NCBI GenBank assembly: GCA_013239625.1 | Contig: MU053216.1 | Location: forward strand, 2,508,943 to 2,572,942 | Source of the DNA: Lama guanicoe | Lineage: Eukaryota | Direction: 5' to 3' | DNA length: 64,000 bases | Shown here: positions 14,410 through 25,672 of the stretch, piece after piece | How the letters are laid out: every line of letters starts with the position of its first letter | Position numbering within the stretch: position 1 is the stretch's first letter | The notes under the pieces: model-generated | What the model saw: only the letters and a program-made list of their open reading frames with translations | Told to the model about the DNA's origin: nothing | The model's database searches: none | Translations under genes and position numbers: made by a program

Positions 14410-14425
14410 ACATACATACACACCA
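14022..14425 (-). mobile_element. L1 3' end fragment with (TG)n at 14363-14408
   Basis: ORF 14120-14413 MEYYVAIKKNEIIPFAAMWVDLEVIILSEVSQ is the L1 ORF2 C-terminus. Near-identical to the copies at 35.3, 40.5, 45.3 and 52.7 kb. Confidence 0.92.
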
Positions 14426-14717
14426 TAACGCCCACCTATGTAATTCTTAAGCTAATTTTGTCCTACTCATTGCTATTGTCTTGGGTCAGTTCCTCGCCAC
14501 ACTGCTTGCTTAAGCCATTAGGACAATTCTCGAACTCATCTTCATATCATATGCTGGCCCTAGGAGGTAAATCCCTCCTACGTGGAAGAGTCTTTCCTTC
14601 TATGTCTCTTCAGTGTTGTTGGATCTCACCTGCTGCTGTGAATGCAGAACACTGAGTTCTGAACTGATTCCCTCATCAGCTATCTGGGCAGCTGGGATGT
14701 GTGAGCATCAGTGTGCA

Positions 14718-14721
<4 letters not shown>

Positions 14722-14755
<34 letters not shown>

Positions 14756-14763
14756 TGTGTGTG
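14722..14763. repeat. (TG)n microsatellite
   Basis: Directly visible. Confidence 0.95.
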
Positions 14764-16699
14764 CCTGCAAAAAGGTGCAGGTGCCCCTAAGAAAGCAGAA
14801 TGCAGAGCCAACTGTAAAGCTGATGTTAATTAAAAAACAGAAACCTTGGAGTACTTGAAACCTGGAGACTTCACATCATTGGTCTGAGTTCCTAAAATGC
14901 ATGAGATCCAACCCCAAAGTGGAGTCTCAGTTGCATGCCAACGTTGTCAGGCAGCAAGAATATTTAAAATTTGTGTGAACCAACTAATAACCTTCTTGGT
15001 TCACAAGGTAGTAAGATAAATGTCCACCGATATATGGGTCATTGAAGGAAATACTGAATTTTGCACCCCAGCTATTTTGATGTGTAGTAAAATTATGTTG
15101 TTAATGTTAAAGATGGAGTATGTCTGAAGGTGCATTTTTCATTTCTTTCCATACTTTCCCCAATTTTAGAACAGAAGGGAAGATGTCTTTTCTGAGTATT
15201 TCCCTGGATTGTTCTAATGTACATGACACTTTCTATGTGGTAAAATAATTAGAAAAAGCTTTTGTTTACCAGTGAATATCAGATTGTTTCTGGATGCTGT
15301 CCCTGTTGGCACTGGGTAGCACATTCAGGAATGTCCTCTGATTTAGGGTGTACACATGCTCACAGAAGATCTATAGTTTGCTCTCCAGTTCCTGTTATTA
15401 CTTCCCAACCACAACCTTATTACAGAAGGTAAATCTCTGGAATAAACCATTCTGAGGCTCTTGTACATATTTGTACTACCTGATGCATAAGGAGAGTCAA
15501 ACAGCGCAGGTGAACGGCAGACACGGAGAAACCTGTAACGCATAACAACTACGGGGGTTTAATTTGGGAAGATGACCCATCAGAACAGCTCCTTCTGAGG
15601 TGAGCTGGGGGTGGAGGAGAAAGGCCGCCTCGAATGAGTACTTACCGAAGACTTGAACTTAAATCTAAAGCCTGAACCCTCGCACTCCTGTTGTTGAGAA
15701 CTGAATCAAGGGAGGCCGTCTGCTGAGGACAAACCTAAATTAACATGTAATCCGGTCCGTGGTACGTGCTTCCAGACCGCGTACCCGCCAGGTAAGTGCA
15801 CTGTGTGTTTGCTGTGAGCTGTTACAGCAGGTTTGGAACCCAGTGTCAACTGAAGCCACCTCCTAAGCTCTGCTTTGACTGACGCAGCGGTGTTTTCTGT
15901 GCAAACATCAGGTAGATGTTACACAGGCTGAAAGCACTTAACCTTCTTCCCTCCTCCAGCCCAAGATGCTAACATGGATCGAAAATGATCATAATTGAAG
16001 TAAATTAAACTCTAATGGTGCAGCTCTACCTGTCATTTGGCTAGGAGGTTATTATTTTTTTTTGACCTCTAGGCATAGTTTTGCACTGGCCTTGACATCC
16101 ATTTTGAAGACACCCATTTACACCTTTGCAGGTCCGAGAGTTGAGATCAACGTTCCAGTAAAGACTTATTTGAAATTACCTTTTTTCCTCTCTCTCTGAA
16201 ATCTGCCTTTTTCAGGCATGTGTTCTTACCAGTACTTTACTGGAGTTTAGTCAAGTGACCTGCTCATTTGGACCATTCAAGAGTAATTTGTTTGCTAAAG
16301 TCATAAAACCTCATGATTTCTACGTAGCAAAGTCTTATTGGTAAAAACCAGTTCTCAGTTCCCCGTCATAGGTAATCAGACTGAGGCAGGCTTTTTCCCC
16401 AGTTGGCTAGAAGTGGATGAAAGTTGAGTTCGGGACACTGGGATGGGGTTGGCAGAAAAAGGAATTTATTTATTCTCTTATAGCATGAGTAGACTTGAAA
16501 TAGGCATTTGACTGATCAGAATCATAGAATCTTGAGCACTGATTTATTGAAAAAATATTTACTAAGAGATGCCTTTGTACCAAGTGCCGGGGAGAAGATG
16601 GGGATCAAGACAGGCAAGGGTTAGACCACGGTGGCGCTCGGCTGTCTGCCACACCCTGGGCGGGCAGACGGGCACCGACACTGCGATTTCCTGTGTTCG

Positions 16700-17410
16700 C
16701 TAATTCCTCTAACTGTTAAAAAAGTCCTCCTTATGTGGATCTGGAATCTTTAAAGCTTCCACTCCTTGCTTTTAATTCAGACTCCGTAGCCCCATGGACT
16801 GACTCTATCCCGCTTGCACGGAGTAGACGTTCAGATTTTTAAAGACGGTTATCTCATGTTGACTGGCTCCTTTCTCAGGCTGAACACCACCTCGCCTCCC
16901 CCACCCCCCATGATGCAGCGTCACGTTTCCTCGCCTTCTGGAGCCGTCTCCGCGGTGTGCAGAACGACTGGCCTGTGCCACTGTTTAACTGCGGCGTTCA
17001 CAACCTTCTCCCAGACTCCAGAAGCAGTCCAGCTAGGCCAAAAGCAAAGGGAGGGGAACCATGCCTGCCCTGACTTTGTTAAATCTATTAATAAAGCCCA
17101 AGGTGCATTCAGCTTTATTTTCTATTAGGAGGAGGAGTGGTATGCGCCTTGCAGCTTTGGACGGAGCCCCGTCTTTGTACGGCGCACTCGTGGCCAGCTT
17201 TTTGGCTCTCTTTACAGTGCCTAGAACTTGTCTCTCCTGCATTTTCTAATGCCTGGTTTGGTTAATTGTTCTCTCTTGTCAAGACCATTTTGATTTTGTA
17301 ACTGACTCCCATCCAACGTGCTGAATATCTTTCCGACTCAGGGCCAGCAGTTGGTTGAATCAGCCTGCTGTTCATATGTTCGTCCAATCCTTGATGAAAT
17401 GTCCATACTG
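16700..17410 (-). mobile_element. CR1/L3 LINE relic
   Basis: Diverged matches to recalled L3 antisense text (ctaactgttaaaaaagtcctccttatgt; ttcgtccaatccttgatgaaatgt). Confidence 0.5.
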
Positions 17411-17599
17411 TCTCCACCAGGAAATTCTTGGCCTCCATCATTTAGGATAAAAAAGTGATGAAAGGAAGTTAAAAAAAAAAGATCCCAGGGCTATCTAATC
17501 ATCTCCTGGTGTATGCATGTGGGTTAGGGCCTGTGGAAGGGGATGCACCTGGACTGAAAGGTCGTCCCACGTGTCAAGAATGTGAATGCCTCCAGTGGG

Positions 17600-17720
17600 T
17601 TATTGTTTCAACTGGAGTTTCCTGGGACCACGTCCAGAGACTGATGCAGTTTGTTTGGGCTGATGCACTGGAATTTGTAAATCAAAGTCCCTTGCAATTG
17701 TGATGCGGATGCCAGGGTGT
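17600..17720. mobile_element. MER5-like hAT DNA transposon relic
   Basis: cctgggaccacgtccagagactgatgcagtttgtttggg...gtgatgcggatgccaggg resembles MER5. Highly diverged. Confidence 0.4.
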
Positions 17721-17769
17721 CCCCTGTGTTAAGAAACAGTGATATATTGAAAATGTCATCAGACAAATG

Positions 17770-17955
17770 AGCTGGTTTTATATTCCAGCCTTGCTGTTTA
17801 TGAACAAGACTTAGGACAAGTTAATCAGCCCCTCTGAGCATCAGTTTTCTCATTTGAAAAACTGGGATTTCAATACCTAACTCACAGTTTTAAATTAGGA
17901 TTTAAACAAGATAATAAATATAAAATGCTGGACACGTGGTGGGCGCTAATTAAAA
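17770..17955 (+). mobile_element. MIR SINE
   Basis: MIR core ggacaagttaatcagcccctctgagcatcagttttctcatttgaaaaactggg. Confidence 0.8.
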
Positions 17956-18989
17956 TGGTTTCCTCTTCTCTTACCAGTTACAAACCCATGATGTAGGACT
18001 GTGGGTGGATTGACAGTCCAGCCACTTCTAGAACACGGTTTGTGTGGCCCACATCAGTGAGGTAGTTCCATCAGTAGGGCTGAGTGTGTCAGAACAGGCG
18101 ACATGTGTGACCTCAACTCAGACGGAAACATTCCTTATCACTCTAATTATTTACCTCATGAGCTTTTGAGTCTTGAAGATAATCGATTTAAGAATCGCTG
18201 AAGCCTAACACTGATGTTAGACTGGGAGGATCTGCCAATTACGATGGTTTAGAGTCATATCTGATAACACTTAAGATACAGTAGTTACTAAGTTCCGCCA
18301 TCCTTGTTTTCTGTAGATTAAATAAAAATAACAAAGTATTGGAAAAATACTGGTGACTACGACTCATTTCAAAATAGAGTTGGAAGTTTCTCTTACCTGT
18401 TATGAAAAGTGCTCCTGTCTTAGCAATTCTCATCTTCTCAAAAGTAATTGACAATATTTTAAAGTCAACTATCTGGCCTTAATACTGCAACTTTCTGAGA
18501 AAGCTGTGGAGGTAGAGAGTAAAAACATCAAATTATATCCTCCAAATTACTCAACTGAGTGGACTTGGTGTGCAAGGATTTAATGAAGTCTCAAAGTTTT
18601 CTTAATTTGATTTTTATAGCTAAAATATCTACAAATGACCAAAAAGGAAAAGAAAAAAAACTGTATTAAGAGAGGGCTGATATCATGGAAAAAGCAGAAC
18701 ACAATAAGATAAAGTAGCAGTTATGATTCTTATCTCAATTCTGGGGGAAGAGATAAACACTGAAGACTTCAGTTCCACCCGAGTCCACCTCCAATTCAAT
18801 GCACCACTCTGAGTAAACCTCTCATATGCTCCATGTTTTAACAAACTAAATGAGGTTAATAAAACTCCACCCTATCTGTTTCACAGGGAAACTGTAGAGA
18901 AAAACATCAAGCAATTTTGAAAAAAAGCAAGGGGTTGTTATGAAGACGTGAATTTTCTTTTAAATGCATCATCCACCCATTTCTTCTTT

Positions 18990-20050
18990 GTACTGTCATA
19001 GTTTCCTTTTTTGATCATATATCAATACATGTTCATTGCAAAAACTTTTTCAGCAAATACAAAAAGAAAGAAGTAATACATAAGAGACTCCCATAACCTT
19101 ACCCCTTCCTGGAAATGAACTTTTAAATTAAAAAAAATTTTAGTGTGTATCTATCCAGAACTCTCTCCTTTCCCCATGGCGGCAGAGACTAAGCACTTCT
19201 GAAAAACAGTACTGGCTGGAGTATTGAAATATTCAGACAACACAGAAATGCATAAAAAATAAACAGTTCCACTGGTAAAAGCTGATCAGTCTTCCATACA
19301 TAAATTGCATGATCCTAATTGATATTTGTTTGTTTAACCTAACAGTATCTTTCTGTGTCAAAACACAAAACTGTAACTACTTCATTCTTTTTACAGATTA
19401 TATAATATTCCATTGTGTGGACAGATGTACCATGCTTTATCTAGTAAATCCCCTACTTACAGACATTGATTATTTAAAGGTTCTGAATGCTTTATTTGTA
19501 TTGCCTTATTTAATTCACGTTCAATCCTATTTGTGAGGTATTATTATTACATCTAGATATGCAAACTGAGTTTTAAAAATGTTAGTGTATTTCCAGGGGT
19601 TGTTAAGCTAGTATGAGTTAGAACTGAGAGTTTAATACAAGTCTGTAGAATCCCAGAGTTCAATGCTTTTAATCTCTTAAGAGTTCTTCTCAGTTTTTGC
19701 TACGATAAACAATTCTGTGATGAGCATCTTAAAAAATATCCAAATTATTTTAAGTACTAGTGTATTTCAAAAATATAGATCCCTAGAAGTGGAATTGCCA
19801 AGTAGAACTCATGCACATTTTAATATCTGTGCTGTCAAATTGCTCCTTAGAGAACTGCTCACATTCTCATCAGCAGCATATGTGTGTCCATTCCTTACAT
19901 ATATTATACACTGTATATTATCAATAATATAATTACACTACATAGTATCAATCTTGTAATATTCACCTATCTCATAAGCAAATTGATATTTTACTTTACT
20001 TTTGGGTATTCATAAATTTGAGCATATTATTTTACATCTAATTTAAATTC
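18990..20050 (-). mobile_element. Old L1 (L1ME-like) 3' fragments
   Basis: Antisense L1 3' motifs (ataatattccattgtgtgg...; atccctagaagtggaattgcc). Interrupted by a MIR. Confidence 0.55.
19485..19675 (-). mobile_element. MIR SINE within old L1
   Basis: gtgaggtattattatt...agatatgcaaactgag...ttaatacaagtctgtagaatcccagag is antisense MIR. Confidence 0.65.
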
Positions 20051-22289
20051 TTTTTTAAATTATTCAATAAGTAATATCGAGTTTATTCAATGTGCCTTGT
20101 GACTTTCGCTTTGTTGCAGTCCTTTGGTAATCTTACTGAATTCCTTATAAATTACACAAATGTAATTATTCATGCACACTTTTCTCCTTTCATACTTGCA
20201 TAATTTAATTGTGGTAGACTATGATGTTACATGTCTCCTCTACTTAGTATTTCACAGATTAAATGATTTCTCCAAACCCAAGAAATATGTGAGACAATAA
20301 AGTAAACCAAGTCATAATAATTTTAAATACTCTTTGCATTCATCCAAAGAGGGAGCCTTCTTTTTCCAGAAATAATGGAGTAAAAAGAGGCAAAATGAAT
20401 GTCAGGACATCTCCATCTGTCTTCATTACCCCTCTAGTCTGTCATCTGCTCTTATTTATAGGATTTAAAATGTTATACATTTATGCCATAACCACAATGA
20501 AACAGATTTACCAAGATATATTTTAAAGATATATAAATACTGGGAGTTTTCTCTGCTACAATATTTAAGTTAAATTTTATACTAGGAATAAGCTTGATAC
20601 TTTTAAGTATCAAGTGTCTTTAAAATGTTCAAGTTATGAAAATACCTTTTTTTAAAATTGTTTCTTTAAGAGTAATTTTGTTGCAGTTCCTCTGAAATCA
20701 GGGTTGCATGTGGTACATGGAGATGTTTATCAACACTAACCAGATCCATTCTGAAGTAAATAATAATAAAGCTGCTGAAACTTGGCAGAGTTTCATGGCT
20801 TATTTGAGTCCTTAAGTTTGACTTATTTTACTGGTCATGGTAGCAAATATATTCTAAAACTATTGGTTCTGTGTGCCAAGAGCAAATGCCAAATTGTTTT
20901 TTTTTTAATTTTTAAAATTTTACATTTATTTTTATCTATTTATTAATTTATTTTTTCAAGTGCCAAATTCTTAACAGCACTCAGATGACCACTGGTTAGG
21001 TAAACGAGAAAGCATGATATTCAGTGCACCTACATTTCACTGACCAAAGAGAGAAACCAGAAAACTTGTTTCACACGTGTTAGAACTTATGTATTGCAAT
21101 GAAGATTTGACCTGCATACAACAATTTTGGTAGGTAAAAGATACTGGACCATTTCTAGGTTGTAGGAGATAAAATTTAAAAATAAATAAAGCAAAGGGGT
21201 TAATACTTCTATAAATATATTTTGGTTTAGGTGTGAGTGACATACATACATATTTCAAGTCAAGAACTGGGATATCTGATTCCTTTGACACGAGTTACTT
21301 AGAGCCACTTCTGGTTGAGACACATTGGGAAATGCATTCCCCAGTGAGTCACTGGAAGCTTTAGAACATTTCTAACTTTTATGTAAGAAAATAGGACAAA
21401 ATTTAAAAGCAGATTTTTCTAGAAAAGTTTATAATACATAGTTTATTTATAACAAAATAAATATGAGTCTAAAATTACAAGGAATGAATATACCATGTCT
21501 TGCAAGAAGTAAACCAAGTATGTTATAGACATTTCTGAAAGATATTTCAAGGATTTTTAACTTTCAGAAGTATTACAAAGCTTTCATTCTTTCTTTACAT
21601 GGAACTTCCCTCCCAACGATTGTACACATGGCTTGGTCGCCCGCACAACACTGAGTGCAGGGTGTGTGTGTGGTCAGTATTTGAGATTGCACACATGGCT
21701 CAATAATTTGCAAATTTCCCTTGAGGGTCCTCAAGATGTGTATTTTTAATTTGTCACTAGACACACTTCGAGCGACGGTGTCTTAGAGTCACATTTCCTC
21801 AACCCCACATTTCGGCATTTTTTGGAAAGAGTCTTTGTGTCCATGTCAGTGCAATATACCCAAGATACCAGAGCGCTGTGCTTAACTGCTCTCCTTAAAT
21901 TCAGCTGGATGGAACATAACAGTGGGAGTGCTGTGCTTCAATACTGAACATCTATCTCTCTACGATTTTCCAGAAAGGACACTTTACATACACCCCAGCG
22001 AATTTACGGGGGTTCTTTCTTTTGACAGTAGCGCTGACACTATTCGAAAACTCATTTTGCAAAAATTAAGAAACTGTAAAATCTCATGGTTTGAAGAGAA
22101 ACCTTAAGATCAACTAGCCAAAACTCACATGATTTGATTCTATAAAAATAATCACCAAGTTTTTAATTCAGTGCATTTTTTAATTGGCTGCTGCTGCCTC
22201 ACGGCTAAGTCTCTTCCGAGAAATTACTCGTAGCTGAGGAGAGCCACCTTGCTCGAGCTTACCTTCCTCCCAGGGGATGCCCTCATCCA

Positions 22290-22520
22290 ACGACTGTGAT
22301 GATCTTTTTGAAACGTTAAATAGCCATGTTAAGAAGCCCTGGCTTGCTTACTTGGGCAAGAAAGAGCACGTGAGACAGAAAAGCAGCTCAGCCAGCCCAC
22401 CAACGAGCAGAGGAAAGCCAGAGCCCAGCCTCGACCACCCCGCCCAGAAGAGCGGCCTAGTCAGCCTGCACGGCCACAGCAAAGAACGCATATTTGTGAT
22501 TTTAAACAACTAAAGCTTGT
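22290..22520 (+). mobile_element. MLT1 LTR 3' part
   Basis: agccatgttaagaagccc...ttgtgattttaaacaactaa resembles an MLT1 3' end. Confidence 0.5.
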
Positions 22521-22542
22521 TCAAGTTTTGCAAAAGCTAGCT

Positions 22543-22577
22543 GCCCGACTAGCTCAGTTGGTAGAGCATAGACTCTT
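22543..22577 (+). pseudogene. 5'-half tRNA-Lys(CTT) tailless retropseudogene
   Basis: GCCCGACTAGCTCAGTTGGTAGAGCATAGACTCTT versus mammalian tRNA-Lys-CTT GCCCGGCTAGCTCAGTCGGTAGAGCATGAGACTCTT (2 substitutions, 1 deletion). Ends at the anticodon. Flanked by direct repeat ttttgcaaaagcta at 22526-22539 and 22581-22594. Confidence 0.85.
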
Positions 22578-23159
22578 CAATTTTGCAAAAGCTACTGCAA
22601 AGTCCCTGTGAATTAACTGGACGCCCCGACTGGTGGTTTTGCTTTCCAGCAGCTGTTTCAATCATTATACAGGCACATCTTGGAAGGGTTTCGTGAGACG
22701 TGTTGTTAAAACCATTACATGCTGGCTGAGTTTTACTTTTTAGTACTGATCAACGTAAGGCCGATTTCTGTAAGTCAGGGTGAGGTGATGATGTAGGAAA
22801 CATGAAATGAGGGATCATTTGCATGTCTCATATATTATATTATATTAGTGTCTAAATGTCAGAAGCTGAACTTCAGTGTGTTCCCCCCAAGTGAGTTCTG
22901 CATAAATCCTAATTCAAAGGGATGCTGATGAACTTTACTTGAATAATTTGTTCTACCCCAAATAAATCTGCAAAATGATGAGCTGAAACAAATTCTTTAT
23001 TGCAGAGCATCTTGGAGGTTTTAGGATGCTTATAAAGAAATGTATTATGAAATAAAAATGCATCTTGAAATACTTTAAAAATAAGCTTAGCTACATGTCT
23101 TGGACATTTACGGGCATCTGTCAACCAGTTTTAGTAACCACACACTGATTTCTGCCTGG

Positions 23160-23620
23160 AAAGACAATGCCTCTCCCGTTCTCCATCCACGTGGTTTTGG
23201 TGATGTCATTCCACCAAGAACCCCAGGGTGGAGCATGAGATACAGGCTTAAAGCCGGTCAGCTCCTGACATCTGCCTAGCCACAGTGGTTGACTCGAATA
23301 TGGACATGTGAGCCAATTAGAGACAGTAGGACACACTGTGTTTTTACTGGGACTCATGGAAGAGTCGCTCTGTTGTGAAGAGGGCTGAGTAGGTGAGGAC
23401 CAGAGTTGCTGACGCCATCTTTCCACTGCCTGAAGCCCAAGGAGCCATCAAAAATAAACGCAGGGCTGTCAAATCATAATGATACCAACTGAATCAAAAC
23501 TGCCAAACCACAGTCACCCTCCACCCCGGACATTTCGACTTCTTGAGCTAATTTCTTTTTTGTGTAAGTAGGTTTGTGTTAATATCTCTGTGACTTAAAG
23601 CTGAAACAGTCATAACTAGT
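23160..23620 (+). mobile_element. MLT1 (J/K-like) LTR relic
   Basis: ccagggtggagcatgaga...agccacagtggttgactcgaatatggacatgtgagccaa...ctgtgacttaaagctgaaacagtcataacta resembles old MLT1. Confidence 0.6.
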
Positions 23621-23699
23621 AGACCATAAACCTTTTTTTTTTTTGCAATAATTTTGGAGAACTAGTGTTTCACAGAACATTTTGGAGAAATCTAGAGAA

Positions 23700-23915
23700 A
23701 GTATAGTGCAATAGTTAACTCATAGGCTTAACTGCCTGGGTCCAAATCCCATTTTTACTACAAATCAGCTTTGTGACTTCAGGCATGATACCTAAGCTCT
23801 GTATGCTTCAAGTTACTTACAAAATGTGTGTCAAATATAAAGATTTTGTGAGGATATTATAACTTAACACATGTAAAACATTTGGAAAGGTGTCTAGCAC
23901 ATAATAGGTACTCAC
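23700..23915 (+). mobile_element. MIR SINE, near full length
   Basis: ctgcctgggtccaaatccc...tgtgacttcaggcatgatacctaagctctgtatgcttca...tctagcacataataggtactca. Confidence 0.8.
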
Positions 23916-24483
23916 AAAGCTTAAGCAGAGAGGAAATTGAATAGCAAATGTTAGCATCAAGGGTTTCTAGAATTTTTAAGAGGTAAACATCTTTGGTGTT
24001 TTTCTAACTTGATATTCCTTATATGACAGTTGAAGAAGCTGAGAACCATGAAAGGAAGTAATTTGCTCAAAGTCAAGTTAAGACAGTGAATTAGGAAGCA
24101 GATCTCATTTTTCATCCACGTTGGCGCTTTAACAGGGTCCTAAGGACTTTAAAGCAAGGACTGATTATTGATGAGAATCCTCGAGGCTTCCACTTTAGTT
24201 TTCAGTTTGCATCAGAATAAGACTAACTACCTGGGAAAAAACAGCCACCTCTGTTTGGAAGTGGGACTCATCAGAGGTTAATCACCAGTAATTATGTCCA
24301 CAAAGCTCGTGACCCCCCCATGGCTTAGGTATTTTATATGAATGATGTAATAGGTTCTTAAGAGTTTGGAATGTCCCTAGTGAGTGCGTAGTGTTGAAAA
24401 ATAGGCTTTTATTCTTTTTTAAATTCAGATGTTTTTGTCTTGTTTATTTTTAGTGATTTGCATTTTTAGTTTAGGGTTTAGTT

Positions 24484-24506
24484 AAATATATTTATATATG
24501 TGTGTG

Positions 24507-24550
<44 letters not shown>
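24484..24550. repeat. (TA)n/(GA)n compound microsatellite
   Basis: Directly visible. Confidence 0.9.
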
Positions 24551-24553
<3 letters not shown>

Positions 24554-24599
24554 TGGTGTAGAAATTTTTCTTTGGCTTGTCCAATTAATTAAAAAATAG

Positions 24600-25672
24600 G
24601 TGTTGAGTTGTGTGAGCTGTTTGTATATGTTGGATATTAACCCCTTATCTGCTGTATCATTTGCAAATATTTTTTCCCATTCAGTAGGTTGTCTTTTCAT
24701 TGTGTTGATGATTTCCTTTGCTGTGTAAAAGCTTTTGAATTTAATTAGGTCCCATTTGTTTATTTTTCCTTTTATTTCCTTTACTTTAGGAGACAGATCC
24801 AAAAAAATGTTGCTATGATTTATGTCGAAGAGTGTTCTATGTTTTCCTCTAGGAGTTTTATAGTATCTGGTCTTACGTTTAGGTCTTTAGTCCACTTTGA
24901 GTTTATTTTTATATGTGGTGTTAGAGAATGTTCTAATTTCAGTCTTTTACATGTAGCTGTTCAGTTTTCCCAGCACCACTTACTGAAGAGACTGTCTTTT
25001 CTCCATTGTATGCTTTTGCCTCCCTTATTGTATATTAATTGACCATAAGTGCGTGGGTTTATTTCTGAACTTTTCCTATCCTATTCCATTGATCTATGTG
25101 TCTGTTTCTGTGCCAGTGCCACACTATTTGACGACCGTGGCTTTGTAGTGTAGTCAGAAGTCAGGGAGCGTGATTCCCTCAGCTCCTTCCTTCTTTTTCC
25201 AGATTGTTTTGTCTATTTGGGGTCTTTGGTGTTTCCATACAAACTTTGACATTTTTTGTTCCAGTTCTGGGAAAGATGTCATTGGTAATTTGATAGGAAT
25301 AGTATGTGTGACGATTTTAACAGTATTGATTCTTCCAACCCAAGAACTTGGTATATCTTTCCATCTGTTTATGTCTTCAGATTCTTTCTTCAGTGCCTTA
25401 TAGTTTTTCAAGTACAGGTCTTTTACCTCCTTGGATAGGTTTATTCCTAAGCATTTTATGTGCCCTAGTGAGATGGTAAATCAGATCATTTCCTTAATGT
25501 CTCTTTCTGATATTTTATTGTTAGCGTACAGAAATGAAACGATTTCTGTAAATTAGTCTTGTATCCTGCAACTTTACCAAAATCACTGATGAGCACTAGC
25601 AGCAGCCTTAAGATTTTCCATATACAGGACCGTGTCACCTGCACGTGGCCACAGTGTTACTCCTTCCTTTCC
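24600..25672 (-). mobile_element. LINE-1 ORF2 fragment (post-RT to C-terminal region)
   Basis: ORFs KINKWDLIKFKSFYTAKEIINTMKRQPTEWEKIFAN (24482-24802) and DINRWKDIPSSWVGRINTVK...IPIKLPMTSF (25154-25411) are L1 ORF2. Confidence 0.95.

Noticed and set aside
22543..22577. Retroviral primer-binding site next to the MLT1 end
   Set aside because: A PBS is complementary to the tRNA 3' end. This is the sense 5' half and has its own TSD.
24465..24484. Interstitial telomeric repeat
   Set aside because: Only one TTAGGG unit, within T-rich low-complexity sequence.
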